From: Nitrospinota bacterium
GTDB lineage: Bacteria > UBA8248
NCBI GenBank assembly: GCA_026706735.1
Contig: JAPOYD010000021.1
Span: 5,659-69,658 of the forward strand
Direction: 5' to 3'
DNA: 64,000 nt
Every line of letters starts with the position of its first letter. Within the stretch, counting starts at the first letter, position 1. Of the stretch, positions 12,014 to 20,968 are shown one piece after another. The notes under the pieces are model-generated. The model did no database searches. It saw only the letters and a list, made by a program, of their open reading frames with translations, and was not told where the DNA came from. The translations under genes and the position numbers were made by a program.

Positions 12014-13198
12014 GTGGATATTCACGAGGCAAAAACCGCCATATCGAAGCTGATCGACGATGAGGCGGACGCGCTGTGGACGCTTTCTCTCGCGATCCAC
12101 GCAGACCCTGAACTGAGCCTGGAAGAACACCGCGCGGCTGAACGCCTGTGCGCCTACCTGGAGAACAACGGGTTCGCCCTCACCCGGGGCGTGGCGAACC
12201 TGCCCACCGCGTTTCGAGCGGACAGACCCGCCGTGGATGAGAAAAAACCATCCATATCTTTTCTCTCCGAATACGACGCGCTGCCCGGCCTCGGGCACGC
12301 CTGCGCCCACAACGTCATCGGTGTCGCCAGTGCTGCCGCGGGCGTTGCGCTCAAAGAAGCGCTTGGCCCCGAATACGGAAGCGTCACCGTTTTCGGTACG
12401 CCCGGTGAAGAGGGCGGAGGCGGCAAGGTTCTGATGGCGCAGGCCGGCATGTTCCGGGAAGTGGACGCCGCCATGATGATGCACCCATCGGACGAGACCA
12501 GGGCCGAGATTAATCTTCTCGCGCTTTCGGAGCTTCGCTTTCACTTCAGGGGACGCGCCTCGCACGCTTCCGCAGCGCCCGAGCAAGGCGTCAACGCGCT
12601 CGACGCCCTCATCGCCACGTTCAGCGCCGTCTCCCTGCTCCGCCAGCAATTGCCGCAGGCCGATCGCGTGCACGGCGTCATCACCGAGGGCGGGGAGGCG
12701 CCCAACATCATCCCCGAAAAAACCTCCGCATGGTTTTTCGTGAGGAGCGAAACGATGGAGGGACTCGATGCGTTGATACCACGGGTCATCGCCTGCGCGG
12801 AGGGCGCGGCCCTGGCGACGGGGGCGGAACTCGAGACGGAGAAAAACCCCATCACCTACGCTCCCATGCGGGCCAACCCTCCCCTGGCGTCGTTGTTCCT
12901 GAATAACCTGAACCGGCTCGGCGTTCATGAACCCGACTCACCGCCGCCCCTGCGGATGGGTTCCTCCGACGTGGGAAACGTGAGCCAGCAAACGCCCACC
13001 ATTCATCCGCAAATCCAGATGGTTCCGTCCGACGTTTCCGCGCATACGCCTGAGTTCGCCGAAGCCTCGGCGGGAGCGGAGGGCAGGCGCGTTCTGCTCA
13101 CGGGCGCCAAGGCGCTGGCGATGACGGGGGCGGACTTTCTGCTCGATGAAGGAGCGCGCAGGGCTGTTCAGGCCGAATTCGAGCGCCGGGAGGCATGA
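12014..13198 (+). CDS. M20D-family amidohydrolase (AmhX/hippurate hydrolase-like).
   Basis: M20 metal-binding motifs (GHACAHNV, GTPGEEGGGGK) and a dimerisation domain. The start is GTG. Its stop overlaps the slt start (ATGA). Confidence 0.8.
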   Translation: MDIHEAKTAISKLIDDEADALWTLSLAIHADPELSLEEHRAAERLCAYLENNGFALTRGVANLPTAFRADRPAVDEKKPSISFLSEYDALPGLGHACAHNVIGVASAAAGVALKEALGPEYGSVTVFGTPGEEGGGGKVLMAQAGMFREVDAAMMMHPSDETRAEINLLALSELRFHFRGRASHASAAPEQGVNALDALIATFSAVSLLRQQLPQADRVHGVITEGGEAPNIIPEKTSAWFFVRSETMEGLDALIPRVIACAEGAALATGAELETEKNPITYAPMRANPPLASLFLNNLNRLGVHEPDSPPPLRMGSSDVGNVSQQTPTIHPQIQMVPSDVSAHTPEFAEASAGAEGRRVLLTGAKALAMTGADFLLDEGARRAVQAEFERREA

Positions 13199-15435
13199 AA
13201 ATCAAAAAACGGAAAACAGACATGAAGCCGCGAGCCTGCATCATCGCCGCCATCGGCATACTTCTACTTTCGACCAGCGCATGGCCCGCACCGAAAGCAC
13301 CGCCACCGTCCACGAGCAAACCGAGCACCGCCCTTCCCGCCCGGATCGAAAAACTCCTGGCGAAGGAGCGATACGAAGAACTCATCCGCTTGCTGCGCCG
13401 GGAGAAAACACTCCTGGGTGGCAGGCATTCTTTTTTGCTGGGACACGCCCATTTGAAACTCGAGCAGTTTCACCCGGCGGTCAAAGCGTTCCAAGTAGCG
13501 CTCGAGCAGATTCCCGCGCTCGAGAACTACTCGCTCCTGTTTCTGGCGAAAGCCGCACTAGGAGCCAGGGATAACGCTACTGCCAGGCGCGCGCTTGAGA
13601 GGTTGATCAAAAAAGGGAAAAAAGTTCCCGAGCCGCCTTTCGTCTACAAGGAGTTGATCCACATTCTCCGGGAGCAGAAACAACCCCTGCGCGCGGCGAA
13701 GATCGCAAAGCGCTACCTGCTCCTGTTCCCGAAAACTCTCGAGGCGCCCGATTTTCTGCTCAGGCGCGCCAAGGCGCTTCGCGCCGCGCGGCGAAACCGG
13801 GGGGCCGCGCTTGCCTTCCGGGAGTTGTGGCAGCGGCACCCCGAGCATCCAAGCGCTCGAAGAGCATTACGACGCTCGCTGAGAATCGGCGGCGCCCTCT
13901 CCCCGCCGCTCAAAAAACCGGGACCAAGAGCCCACTATGAACGCGCCCGGCTCCTCAGAAAGCGCTATCACTTCGAAAAGTCATTGAGAGGCTTTCAGGA
14001 CTTGAAGCGCCTGTTCCCGAAATTCTACTCCCGCACCCACTACCACAAGGGCATCGTATTCAATGAAGCGCTCGCGCTCTTCTCCCTGCGCCAAACGAAA
14101 CAGGCGGACCCCGCGCTCAGGCACGCCATCAGACATTACGCCGCAGGCAGCGCCCAGCGGGCGGAGGCGCGTTACTTCCTGGCCAGAAACCACCTGCGCA
14201 AACGGAATCAAGCCGCTTTCGAAAAACAGGCGCATCGCCTGCTCAAGGAGACGCGAAAAGGGAAATGGGCGGCGAAGACGCGCTACCTGCTCGCCCGCGT
14301 ATATGAGGACGACCGCAATTTCAAAAAGTCCGCGCGCTATTACAAGGATGTGATCTCCGCTCACCCGCGCTCCCCCCTCGCGCCCAAGGCGCTGTTCCAA
14401 CTCGCCTGGCTTCGCTTCCAGTCCAAAGACTACCGGCGGGCGCGCCAGGGATTCTCAAAGATGAAAACCACCTACCCCGCACACTGGCTGGTCTCATCCG
14501 CCACCTACTGGGCAGCCTTCTCGGCGGAAAGAACGGGTGAGCGAAAGATCGCCCTCGCCCTCTACCGCGCCTGCGCCCGGGGACACCGCCACCGCTATTA
14601 CGGACAACTCGCCCTGCGGGCCATCGATCGTCTCGCGCGCAAGCGAGAACCGGTCGGGACGAAGCCTCCCCCTTTGGGAGAAGCCGGCTACCGCAAGTGG
14701 CTGCAGCCACCTCCTAATAGCGCGCCGGTTCGAGAGGCGGCCGCGCTTCTCTCCTCCATGGGTTTTCATGAACTCGCCGCCAAGGAATACCGCCGCCTCG
14801 GCCCGTCGCCGTATTCACGCTACCATGCGGCGCGCGCCTTCACGGCGGCGGGCCAGAGCCACCGCGCCATATACCTGATCAACGAATCCTTCTGGGATGC
14901 GGTGCGCGCGGGCGGAAGCGACCTGCCCAGGGAATTCTGGGAAATCGTCTACCCCCTCGCCATCAAACACAGAGAGCCCGGAGGGGCGAACCCCTATCTG
15001 GTGAACGCCGTCATCCGGGCGGAGAGTGCCTTCGACATCCGCGCGCTCTCCCCCGCCGGCGCCCGGGGACTCATGCAGCTCATGCCCGCGACCGGGCGCA
15101 TACTCGCGAGGAAACACAAAATTCGCATCAAGTCCGTGCGCGACCTGTTCGACCCGGAGGTCAACACCCGCCTGGGCGCGAGGCATCTGGGCGCGCTCAT
15201 TCGCGAGTTCGGCGGCGCGCTCGTTCCCGCAATAGCGAGCTACAACGCGGGCCGCAGACCCGTCAAAAGATGGTGGAAGGCCGGACGCAACAAGCCGATG
15301 GAAATCTTCATCGAGGAGATCCCCTACCAGGAAACGAAAAACTACGTCAAAAGAGTTTTAGGCTATTACCACGAATACAAAAGAATCTACGGGGAGACGA
15401 ATCGCTCGAAACGGGGGGGAACGCCCCCCTCATGA
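13195..15435 (+). CDS. slt: Soluble lytic murein transglycosylase (Slt70-like: TPR/superhelical N-domain plus a C-terminal SLT domain).
   Basis: Signal peptide, a long Ala/Arg-rich helical repeat region, and the SLT catalytic core (NAVIRAESAFDIRALSPAGARGLMQLMPAT...SYNAG). Confidence 0.8.
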   Translation: MKIKKRKTDMKPRACIIAAIGILLLSTSAWPAPKAPPPSTSKPSTALPARIEKLLAKERYEELIRLLRREKTLLGGRHSFLLGHAHLKLEQFHPAVKAFQVALEQIPALENYSLLFLAKAALGARDNATARRALERLIKKGKKVPEPPFVYKELIHILREQKQPLRAAKIAKRYLLLFPKTLEAPDFLLRRAKALRAARRNRGAALAFRELWQRHPEHPSARRALRRSLRIGGALSPPLKKPGPRAHYERARLLRKRYHFEKSLRGFQDLKRLFPKFYSRTHYHKGIVFNEALALFSLRQTKQADPALRHAIRHYAAGSAQRAEARYFLARNHLRKRNQAAFEKQAHRLLKETRKGKWAAKTRYLLARVYEDDRNFKKSARYYKDVISAHPRSPLAPKALFQLAWLRFQSKDYRRARQGFSKMKTTYPAHWLVSSATYWAAFSAERTGERKIALALYRACARGHRHRYYGQLALRAIDRLARKREPVGTKPPPLGEAGYRKWLQPPPNSAPVREAAALLSSMGFHELAAKEYRRLGPSPYSRYHAARAFTAAGQSHRAIYLINESFWDAVRAGGSDLPREFWEIVYPLAIKHREPGGANPYLVNAVIRAESAFDIRALSPAGARGLMQLMPATGRILARKHKIRIKSVRDLFDPEVNTRLGARHLGALIREFGGALVPAIASYNAGRRPVKRWWKAGRNKPMEIFIEEIPYQETKNYVKRVLGYYHEYKRIYGETNRSKRGGTPPS

Positions 15436-16646
15436 ACAACAAGCGTCCCCTTCTGGCCATCGGCCTGATGTCGGGAACCTCCGCCGATGGCGTGGACGCC
15501 GCCCTGGTGCGGATTCACCCGGGGGAACGCACGCAAGTCGAAACCCTGGGCTTTCGCGCCGCTCCCTACCCAAGGGACTTGAGAGAACGTCTCCTGCTCG
15601 CAGCAGGCGAGGAGGGCGCCCGGACGGACGAGATCTGCTCCCTGCGCCGGGAGGTGGGTGAAGCGTTCGCCTCGGCTGCTTTTGAGGTGGCGTCATCAAC
15701 CGGCGCCGAACTTGAGAAAATCGATCTTATAGGCAGCCACGGACAGACGATCCGCCATCTGCCCGAGGGCATGGAGGGCGAGCGCGGGCCGCTGCTCCCC
15801 TCCACCTTCCAGATTGGCGACCCCGCCTTCATCGCCCAGCGCACAGGGATCACCTGCGTCAGCGATTTCCGCTCGGGAGACATGGCCGCTGGCGGCGCGG
15901 GCGCTCCCCTGACCCCCTGGGCGCACCGGATTCTCTTCAGCCACGAAGATTCCGCCTCCGCCTTCTTGAACCTGGGCGGCATCTCGAACATCACCTATCT
16001 CCCTCGCACGAGAGAGGAGGGCGTCTTCGGCTTCGATTGCGGACCTGCGAACATGCCGCTCGACGCTCTCGCGCAGCGCATCACGAACGGGGAGAAAACC
16101 CACGACACAGGCGGCGAACTGGCGGCGGCGGGCCGCGTATGCCCCGATATTCTGGACGAACTCCGCGGGCACCCCTACCTCAAACGAAAGCCGCCCAAAA
16201 GCACGGGCAGAGAGACGTTCGGCGAGGCGTTCGTCGATGAAACCCTGGAACGCATGATCTCGCGCGGAGGGGACCTGAAAGACGCCATCGCCACGCTCAC
16301 CGCCTTTTCCGCTTCGTGCGTTGCGGATGCGATTCGGGATTTCCTTCCAACCGACCCTCCGCTCGCCGAAGTGGTGGTCGGCGGGGGCGGCGTCCACAAC
16401 AATACCCTCATGCGCGGCCTGCGCGGCGCCCTGGGCGATCTCCCCCTCGTCGGAAGCGACGCGCGAGGCGTCTCGCCCGATGCGGTCGAAGCCGTCTGTT
16501 TCGCCTTGCTGGCGTGGGGCACGCTCACCAGCCAGGCGAACAACCTGCCGGGCGTCACAGGAGCCAAAGAAGCGGTATGCCTCGGGAGCATCACGCCGGG
16601 GCGGAATTTCGCCTCCCTGATGAGGCGTTTCCTCCATTCCGCGTGA
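15432..16646 (+). CDS. anmK: Anhydro-N-acetylmuramic acid kinase.
   Basis: The N-terminus LLAIGLMSGTSADGVDAALV is diagnostic of AnmK. The start ATG overlaps the slt stop (ATGA at 15432-15435). Confidence 0.9.
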   Translation: MNNKRPLLAIGLMSGTSADGVDAALVRIHPGERTQVETLGFRAAPYPRDLRERLLLAAGEEGARTDEICSLRREVGEAFASAAFEVASSTGAELEKIDLIGSHGQTIRHLPEGMEGERGPLLPSTFQIGDPAFIAQRTGITCVSDFRSGDMAAGGAGAPLTPWAHRILFSHEDSASAFLNLGGISNITYLPRTREEGVFGFDCGPANMPLDALAQRITNGEKTHDTGGELAAAGRVCPDILDELRGHPYLKRKPPKSTGRETFGEAFVDETLERMISRGGDLKDAIATLTAFSASCVADAIRDFLPTDPPLAEVVVGGGGVHNNTLMRGLRGALGDLPLVGSDARGVSPDAVEAVCFALLAWGTLTSQANNLPGVTGAKEAVCLGSITPGRNFASLMRRFLHSA

Positions 16647-16725
16647 GGCGGTTCATACGGGGTTGCTGAAAAAGTCCTGGTTTCATGATTCTAGGTATTG
16701 GACCGACCGATAAGAGAGGAGAGTT

Positions 16726-16910
16726 CACTCCCCCCTTGAGGGTCGGGCTTCCCGAGGGAGAAAGCCCGACGGTGAACTAAGGGCGTAAGCCCGCAAGTGA
16801 ACCGGTGGGGGGTATAATTCAAAATACTCGATAAACGCGATCCACCCCCCACCGCATCAGCCTTCGCACAAAGCGCTCGGCTTCTGCGACTCCCCCTCAA
16901 GGGGGGAGTG
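16726..16910. mobile_element. MITE-like palindromic element, family 1 (TIR CACTCCCCCCTTGAGGG / CCCTCAAGGGGGGAGTG), copy A.
   Basis: 17-bp terminal inverted repeats, an internal GGTGGGGGG/CCCCCCACC inverted repeat, and a conserved core GGGCGTAAGCCCGCAAG. Three more copies lie at 44795, 61066 and 63569. Confidence 0.7.
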
Positions 16911-17042
16911 GATTTAAGATTTCTCCTTGGTGGAGAGAGCTCCATAGAGGTTATGTTCCGACTTTTTCAACAACCCCATACACAAACGACTCAAGATGCG
17001 GCATCATGCGCTTCCGACTTTCAACCATCAGGAGATAAAAAC

Positions 17043-18230
17043 GTGGACGCGGCCATCGAGGCGCAAGCCGTCACACTCACCAAAGAGCTGATCGCGATTC
17101 CCAGCGAGAACCCCACGGGCGACGAGTTCGCCATGGCGGACAGGGTGGAGGCCTTTTTCCGGGGCATCGGTCTCGAGGTGATGCGCGAGCGCGTCGCCGA
17201 AAGGCGGGAGAACGTGACGGCGGAGATCACCGGCGCGAGGGGCGGCCACGCCCTCGTCTTTCTCAATCACATGGATACCGTGCCGGCGGGCGAGGGATGG
17301 TCGCGCGATCCGTTTCTCGCGACCGAGGAGTCGGGAAAAATCTGGGGCCGGGGAAGCTGCGATATGAAAGGCGGCATCTCCGCCGGCCTCGCAGCGATGG
17401 CAAGCCTGAAAAAACGGATCGACGGCGGCGCGAAGGCGAAGGGCACTGTTCGCTGCTGCATGGTGGTGGATGAGGAAAGCGGCGCCATGATCGGCACCGA
17501 GGCGGCCATCGCGAGCGGACACATCAACCCTGATGACATCGTGATCTCCTGCGAGCCGACCGAACTCGCCCTGGTGACGGCGCAAAAAGGCGCCATGTGG
17601 TTCGAACTCATCTTCAGCGGAAAGAGTGCCCACGCCGCGACGCCCCACATGGGCGCGGACGCGATTCACGCCGCATCCCACGCCGTGGTGGCGCTACAGG
17701 AAGCGGTGACGCAACTCCACTACGAAGACCCTCTGCTGGGACGATGCACCATGATCACCAGCATCATCGAGGGAGGCCACAAGACCAACGTGGTCTCCGA
17801 GAGATGCGTGATGCAGATAGACTCCCGTTTCGTCCCACCCCTCCGGACAGCCGACATCCAGGGGATCATTCACGAGAAAGCCGTCCAGGCCTGCGCACAA
17901 GTGAGCGGGGTCGAATTCTCCCTGCGCGCCACCATTGCGGACCGACCGCCCGTGACGGCGGACACCGACAGCGCCGGCGCGAGACTCATCATGCAGATTC
18001 TGGAAGAAATCCTGGGCGCAGAGCCTGAGCCCGCGGGGGTGAGCTATTATTCGGACGCAGGCATGGCCGCGGCCCAAACCGGAAGCCGGAACTGCTTTCT
18101 CCTGGGTCCGGGAAACATCGAACAAGCCCACACGCCCGATGAATTCATCGAGGTCGATTCGCTGAAAAAAGCAGCCCGCGTCTACGGCAGGCTGCTCGAA
18201 AAATTCGCCCTCGGAGCGGATGCGCCGTAA
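17043..18230 (+). CDS. M20-family peptidase (ArgE/DapE-like deacylase).
   Basis: LIAIPSENPTGDE, HMDTVPAGEGW, WGRGSCDMKGG, and a dimerisation insert. The start is reassigned to the GTG at 17043, which is preceded by AGGAGA. The longer ORF prefix runs into the upstream repeat element. Confidence 0.8.
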   Translation: MDAAIEAQAVTLTKELIAIPSENPTGDEFAMADRVEAFFRGIGLEVMRERVAERRENVTAEITGARGGHALVFLNHMDTVPAGEGWSRDPFLATEESGKIWGRGSCDMKGGISAGLAAMASLKKRIDGGAKAKGTVRCCMVVDEESGAMIGTEAAIASGHINPDDIVISCEPTELALVTAQKGAMWFELIFSGKSAHAATPHMGADAIHAASHAVVALQEAVTQLHYEDPLLGRCTMITSIIEGGHKTNVVSERCVMQIDSRFVPPLRTADIQGIIHEKAVQACAQVSGVEFSLRATIADRPPVTADTDSAGARLIMQILEEILGAEPEPAGVSYYSDAGMAAAQTGSRNCFLLGPGNIEQAHTPDEFIEVDSLKKAARVYGRLLEKFALGADAP

Positions 18231-18423
18231 AGCTGGTGGCACGGGGGTTGAAAAGGGCCCCCCGCTCCTCGTCCTGAGTAGCCGTCGAAGGTAAAACGCG
18301 ACTGAGAAAGGAGCGTTTGTGTCGAAGGGCGAACCCTCCCTCATTGGTCGGGTTCGTGCCCTCGATACGGCGCGCGAGCGCGCCTACTCGGGATGAGGGT
18401 GGGGTATTTAGTCGAGGAAAGGC

Positions 18424-18446
18424 GGGCGGACACATGGGTCCGCCCC
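18424..18446. repeat. 23-bp perfect-stem palindrome GGGCGGAC-ACATGG-GTCCGCCC (hairpin; copy 1 of 2).
   Basis: 8-bp inverted arms. The same element in the opposite orientation is at 59968-59990. It sits between convergent genes and may act as a terminator. Confidence 0.5.
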
Positions 18447-18550
18447 TGCAAAACCCCAACCCCGGAAAGGCAACCCCCCTTGCCGAGGGCAAAGACGAAA
18501 ACCCGTCTTCGCAGGGGGCGCGGCCTGAGGGGCCTTCCCGTCGCGCCCCC

Positions 18551-20968
18551 CTAAGCGCTGTTGCGCTTGTCCAGCGTCCGGAGCATCTTCATGATGCTGT
18601 CGAGCGCTTCCGCCTCGCCAAGGTCCTGAAATATCCGGCGCGCCTCGGTCAGGCATTCGCGCGAGGCCTCCCACTCCCGACCCTCGAAATGCACCCGGCC
18701 CAGGCTTCCGAGCGCCACCCCCTGGGCGAGAATGCTCCCTTGCTCGCGGTTGATCTCCAGGGCCGCCTCATACGCCTCGCGCGCTTCGGGCAAATCGCCT
18801 CTCGCGTAGTGGATGTTCCCCATTCCGCTCAGATTCGCCGCCTCGCCTCTTCTGTTCTCGAGTCCGCGATTCAGGCGCAAGGCGTTCTCGTAATACCGGA
18901 GCGCGCGCGTGAATTGCTCCTGCGCCGCAAAGCTCACCCCCATCTGAGAGTACACCAGGGCTTCACACGCCTTGTCCCCGATTTTCTGACAAAGGTTCAA
19001 AGCGTCATCCAGACTCACCTGCGCCGCTTCGTATTCGCCCGTCTCGCTCAGGACGGAGGCCAGCACGGTATGCGCCCGCGCCTCGTTGCGCCTGTCTCCC
19101 AATCTGTGGAACAGGTGCGCCGCCTCGGAAAGATGCTCCCTGGCTTTTTCCTTCTCCCCCAGACGACGGAACAACCGGCCGACCCGCATGCGCAAGACGG
19201 AGAGCTGTTCAAGCTCTCCCTGCGGCCCGATATAGCCAAGCGCCTTCTCGTAGGATTCCGCCGCCTTTTCGTCATCGCCCCTTTGCTGGTAGAAATACCC
19301 CAGATTCCTGGAAATCACCGCCTGTACGGGAACGTCCCGACCCGCCTCGCGGAAAGCCTCGCGGGAATAGGAAATCGCAGGCTCCACTTTCTCCCGCATG
19401 TAGGAAGCCACGGCCAGCGCGTTGAGAACGGGCGCGAGTCGACTCGTGCGGCGCAGCGATTCCTTGAGGTGCTCCGTCGCATCCTCAACGCGCCCCAGCA
19501 TCATCTCCAGAATGGCCAGACGCAGATATTCCTCGGCCGCGGGCGTCTGCCGGGCTCTCTCACGTTGGCCGAGATCGATGCCGGCGGCATTTACCACGCC
19601 CGGGGTCCAGGCGGGAAGTTTCTGCTCCATGTTTTCCGCCAGAAGCAGATCTTCCGGACAAATATCCGCCACGAGTTCGCGTATCAATTCAGAGGGCGTG
19701 TTCGCCGGAGGCTCATGCGAGGCGGCTGCTGGCGGGGCGGCGCCGGAGACAAGTTGCTCCCCGTCATCTTCCAGCGGAAATTCAAACGCATCGGCGTCTT
19801 CTTCTACCCCGATTTGCTCTTGCGCAGCGCCGCTTTGCGTAAAAGCGTCATCCTCTGCGCGTTCACGCTGAATGAGGGAGATAATATCTTCCTCGCCAAC
19901 AGCCGCCGCGGCTTTTTCTTCCGGCTCCGGGGTCGAAGACGCCTCATCGGGATCGAGGGCTTGTGGATCGGGAGAAGCCTCATCGGGTTCAGTTCCCGCG
20001 AGAACCAGCACTTCGGGCCGAGATGGCGGCGGTTCATCTTCTTGCCCTTCGAGTGGAGGTTTCAGCGGCGATTCGGCCGCGGTTTCCGAAACCTCATCGT
20101 CCACATCCGCCCGTTCTTCAAGCGCGGGTTCCGCCGGAGCATCCGCCGCGACTCCATCCTCATGCGCGAGGTGGAGGGCCTCTTCTTCCTCTTCATCAGC
20201 ACCAGGCGCATCATCGCCGGAAGCCACATCATCGCGAACCTCGCTCACGGCGGGAATCCGCATGCGCAGCGGGGCGTCCGCACCTTCGATCGTTTCGGAG
20301 ATTCCCGGCTCTTCCCCTTCATCGGCGGGAACATCCCCCACCGTGATCTGCGTTTCGCTGTCGAGTCCGTCAGCCGCCCGGACATCTTCCATCGGCTCAC
20401 GAGAAGGTTCGTCTTCCACCGCCGACCCGGGCGGCTCATCCAGGGCGGCCTCCGGCAGTTCATCCGGCGTGCGGGGGTGTTCCGCACCCTCGAGCGCGGG
20501 CAAACCCTCCCACCAGGCAGCACCCGGTTCCGCGGCAGGCGCGTCGCCCACGCGAAGCGCAGGCTCTTCGCCACCTTCCGGAAGAGACTCGCCTTCGGGG
20601 GGGAGAACCTCATCCTCCGGGAGAACCTCGCGGCTTTCCTCCCCGATTACCCGCACCCCTTCTTCCATGTGATCCAGCAAGTCCGGGGAATTCCCGGCTG
20701 CCTCCCGGGCGCTTCCGCGATTCGCCGCTTCTTCCTGATCCTCGTCGACGTCAGGAATGAAATCGTCGATGAAGCGCGAGGAAACATCCTCCCAGCCGTC
20801 TGGCGCGCTGCCTCCGGGCCCGTCTTCCATAACGCCGCCCCATGCATGCGCCGAACCTTTTGCGCGTCTCACGGCACGGAGACGCATCCATATAACGACG
20901 GGGATCGCCAAAAGGGCGAGCACACCCACTGCGCCGAACACGGTCTTCCAGACAGCCATCTCAAACAT
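18551..20968 (-). CDS. Membrane-anchored TPR-repeat protein with a roughly 400-aa acidic low-complexity region.
   Basis: An N-terminal transmembrane helix (VWKTVFGAVGVLALLAIPVVIWM), a long E/D/P/A-rich segment, and at least 8 C-terminal TPR repeats (...ALRYYENALRLNRG..., ...AREAYEAALEINREQG...). Confidence 0.7.
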   Translation of the reverse strand: MFEMAVWKTVFGAVGVLALLAIPVVIWMRLRAVRRAKGSAHAWGGVMEDGPGGSAPDGWEDVSSRFIDDFIPDVDEDQEEAANRGSAREAAGNSPDLLDHMEEGVRVIGEESREVLPEDEVLPPEGESLPEGGEEPALRVGDAPAAEPGAAWWEGLPALEGAEHPRTPDELPEAALDEPPGSAVEDEPSREPMEDVRAADGLDSETQITVGDVPADEGEEPGISETIEGADAPLRMRIPAVSEVRDDVASGDDAPGADEEEEEALHLAHEDGVAADAPAEPALEERADVDDEVSETAAESPLKPPLEGQEDEPPPSRPEVLVLAGTEPDEASPDPQALDPDEASSTPEPEEKAAAAVGEEDIISLIQRERAEDDAFTQSGAAQEQIGVEEDADAFEFPLEDDGEQLVSGAAPPAAASHEPPANTPSELIRELVADICPEDLLLAENMEQKLPAWTPGVVNAAGIDLGQRERARQTPAAEEYLRLAILEMMLGRVEDATEHLKESLRRTSRLAPVLNALAVASYMREKVEPAISYSREAFREAGRDVPVQAVISRNLGYFYQQRGDDEKAAESYEKALGYIGPQGELEQLSVLRMRVGRLFRRLGEKEKAREHLSEAAHLFHRLGDRRNEARAHTVLASVLSETGEYEAAQVSLDDALNLCQKIGDKACEALVYSQMGVSFAAQEQFTRALRYYENALRLNRGLENRRGEAANLSGMGNIHYARGDLPEAREAYEAALEINREQGSILAQGVALGSLGRVHFEGREWEASRECLTEARRIFQDLGEAEALDSIMKMLRTLDKRNSA

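Noticed and set aside
16647-16950. An 84-aa minus-strand ORF (16691..16945) and the N-terminal 45 codons of the M20 peptidase ORF lying over the family-1 repeat.
   Set aside because: The sequence is a repeat element found at four loci. The 'proteins' (…PPLRGSRRSR…) recur wherever the repeat occurs, so they are translation artefacts.
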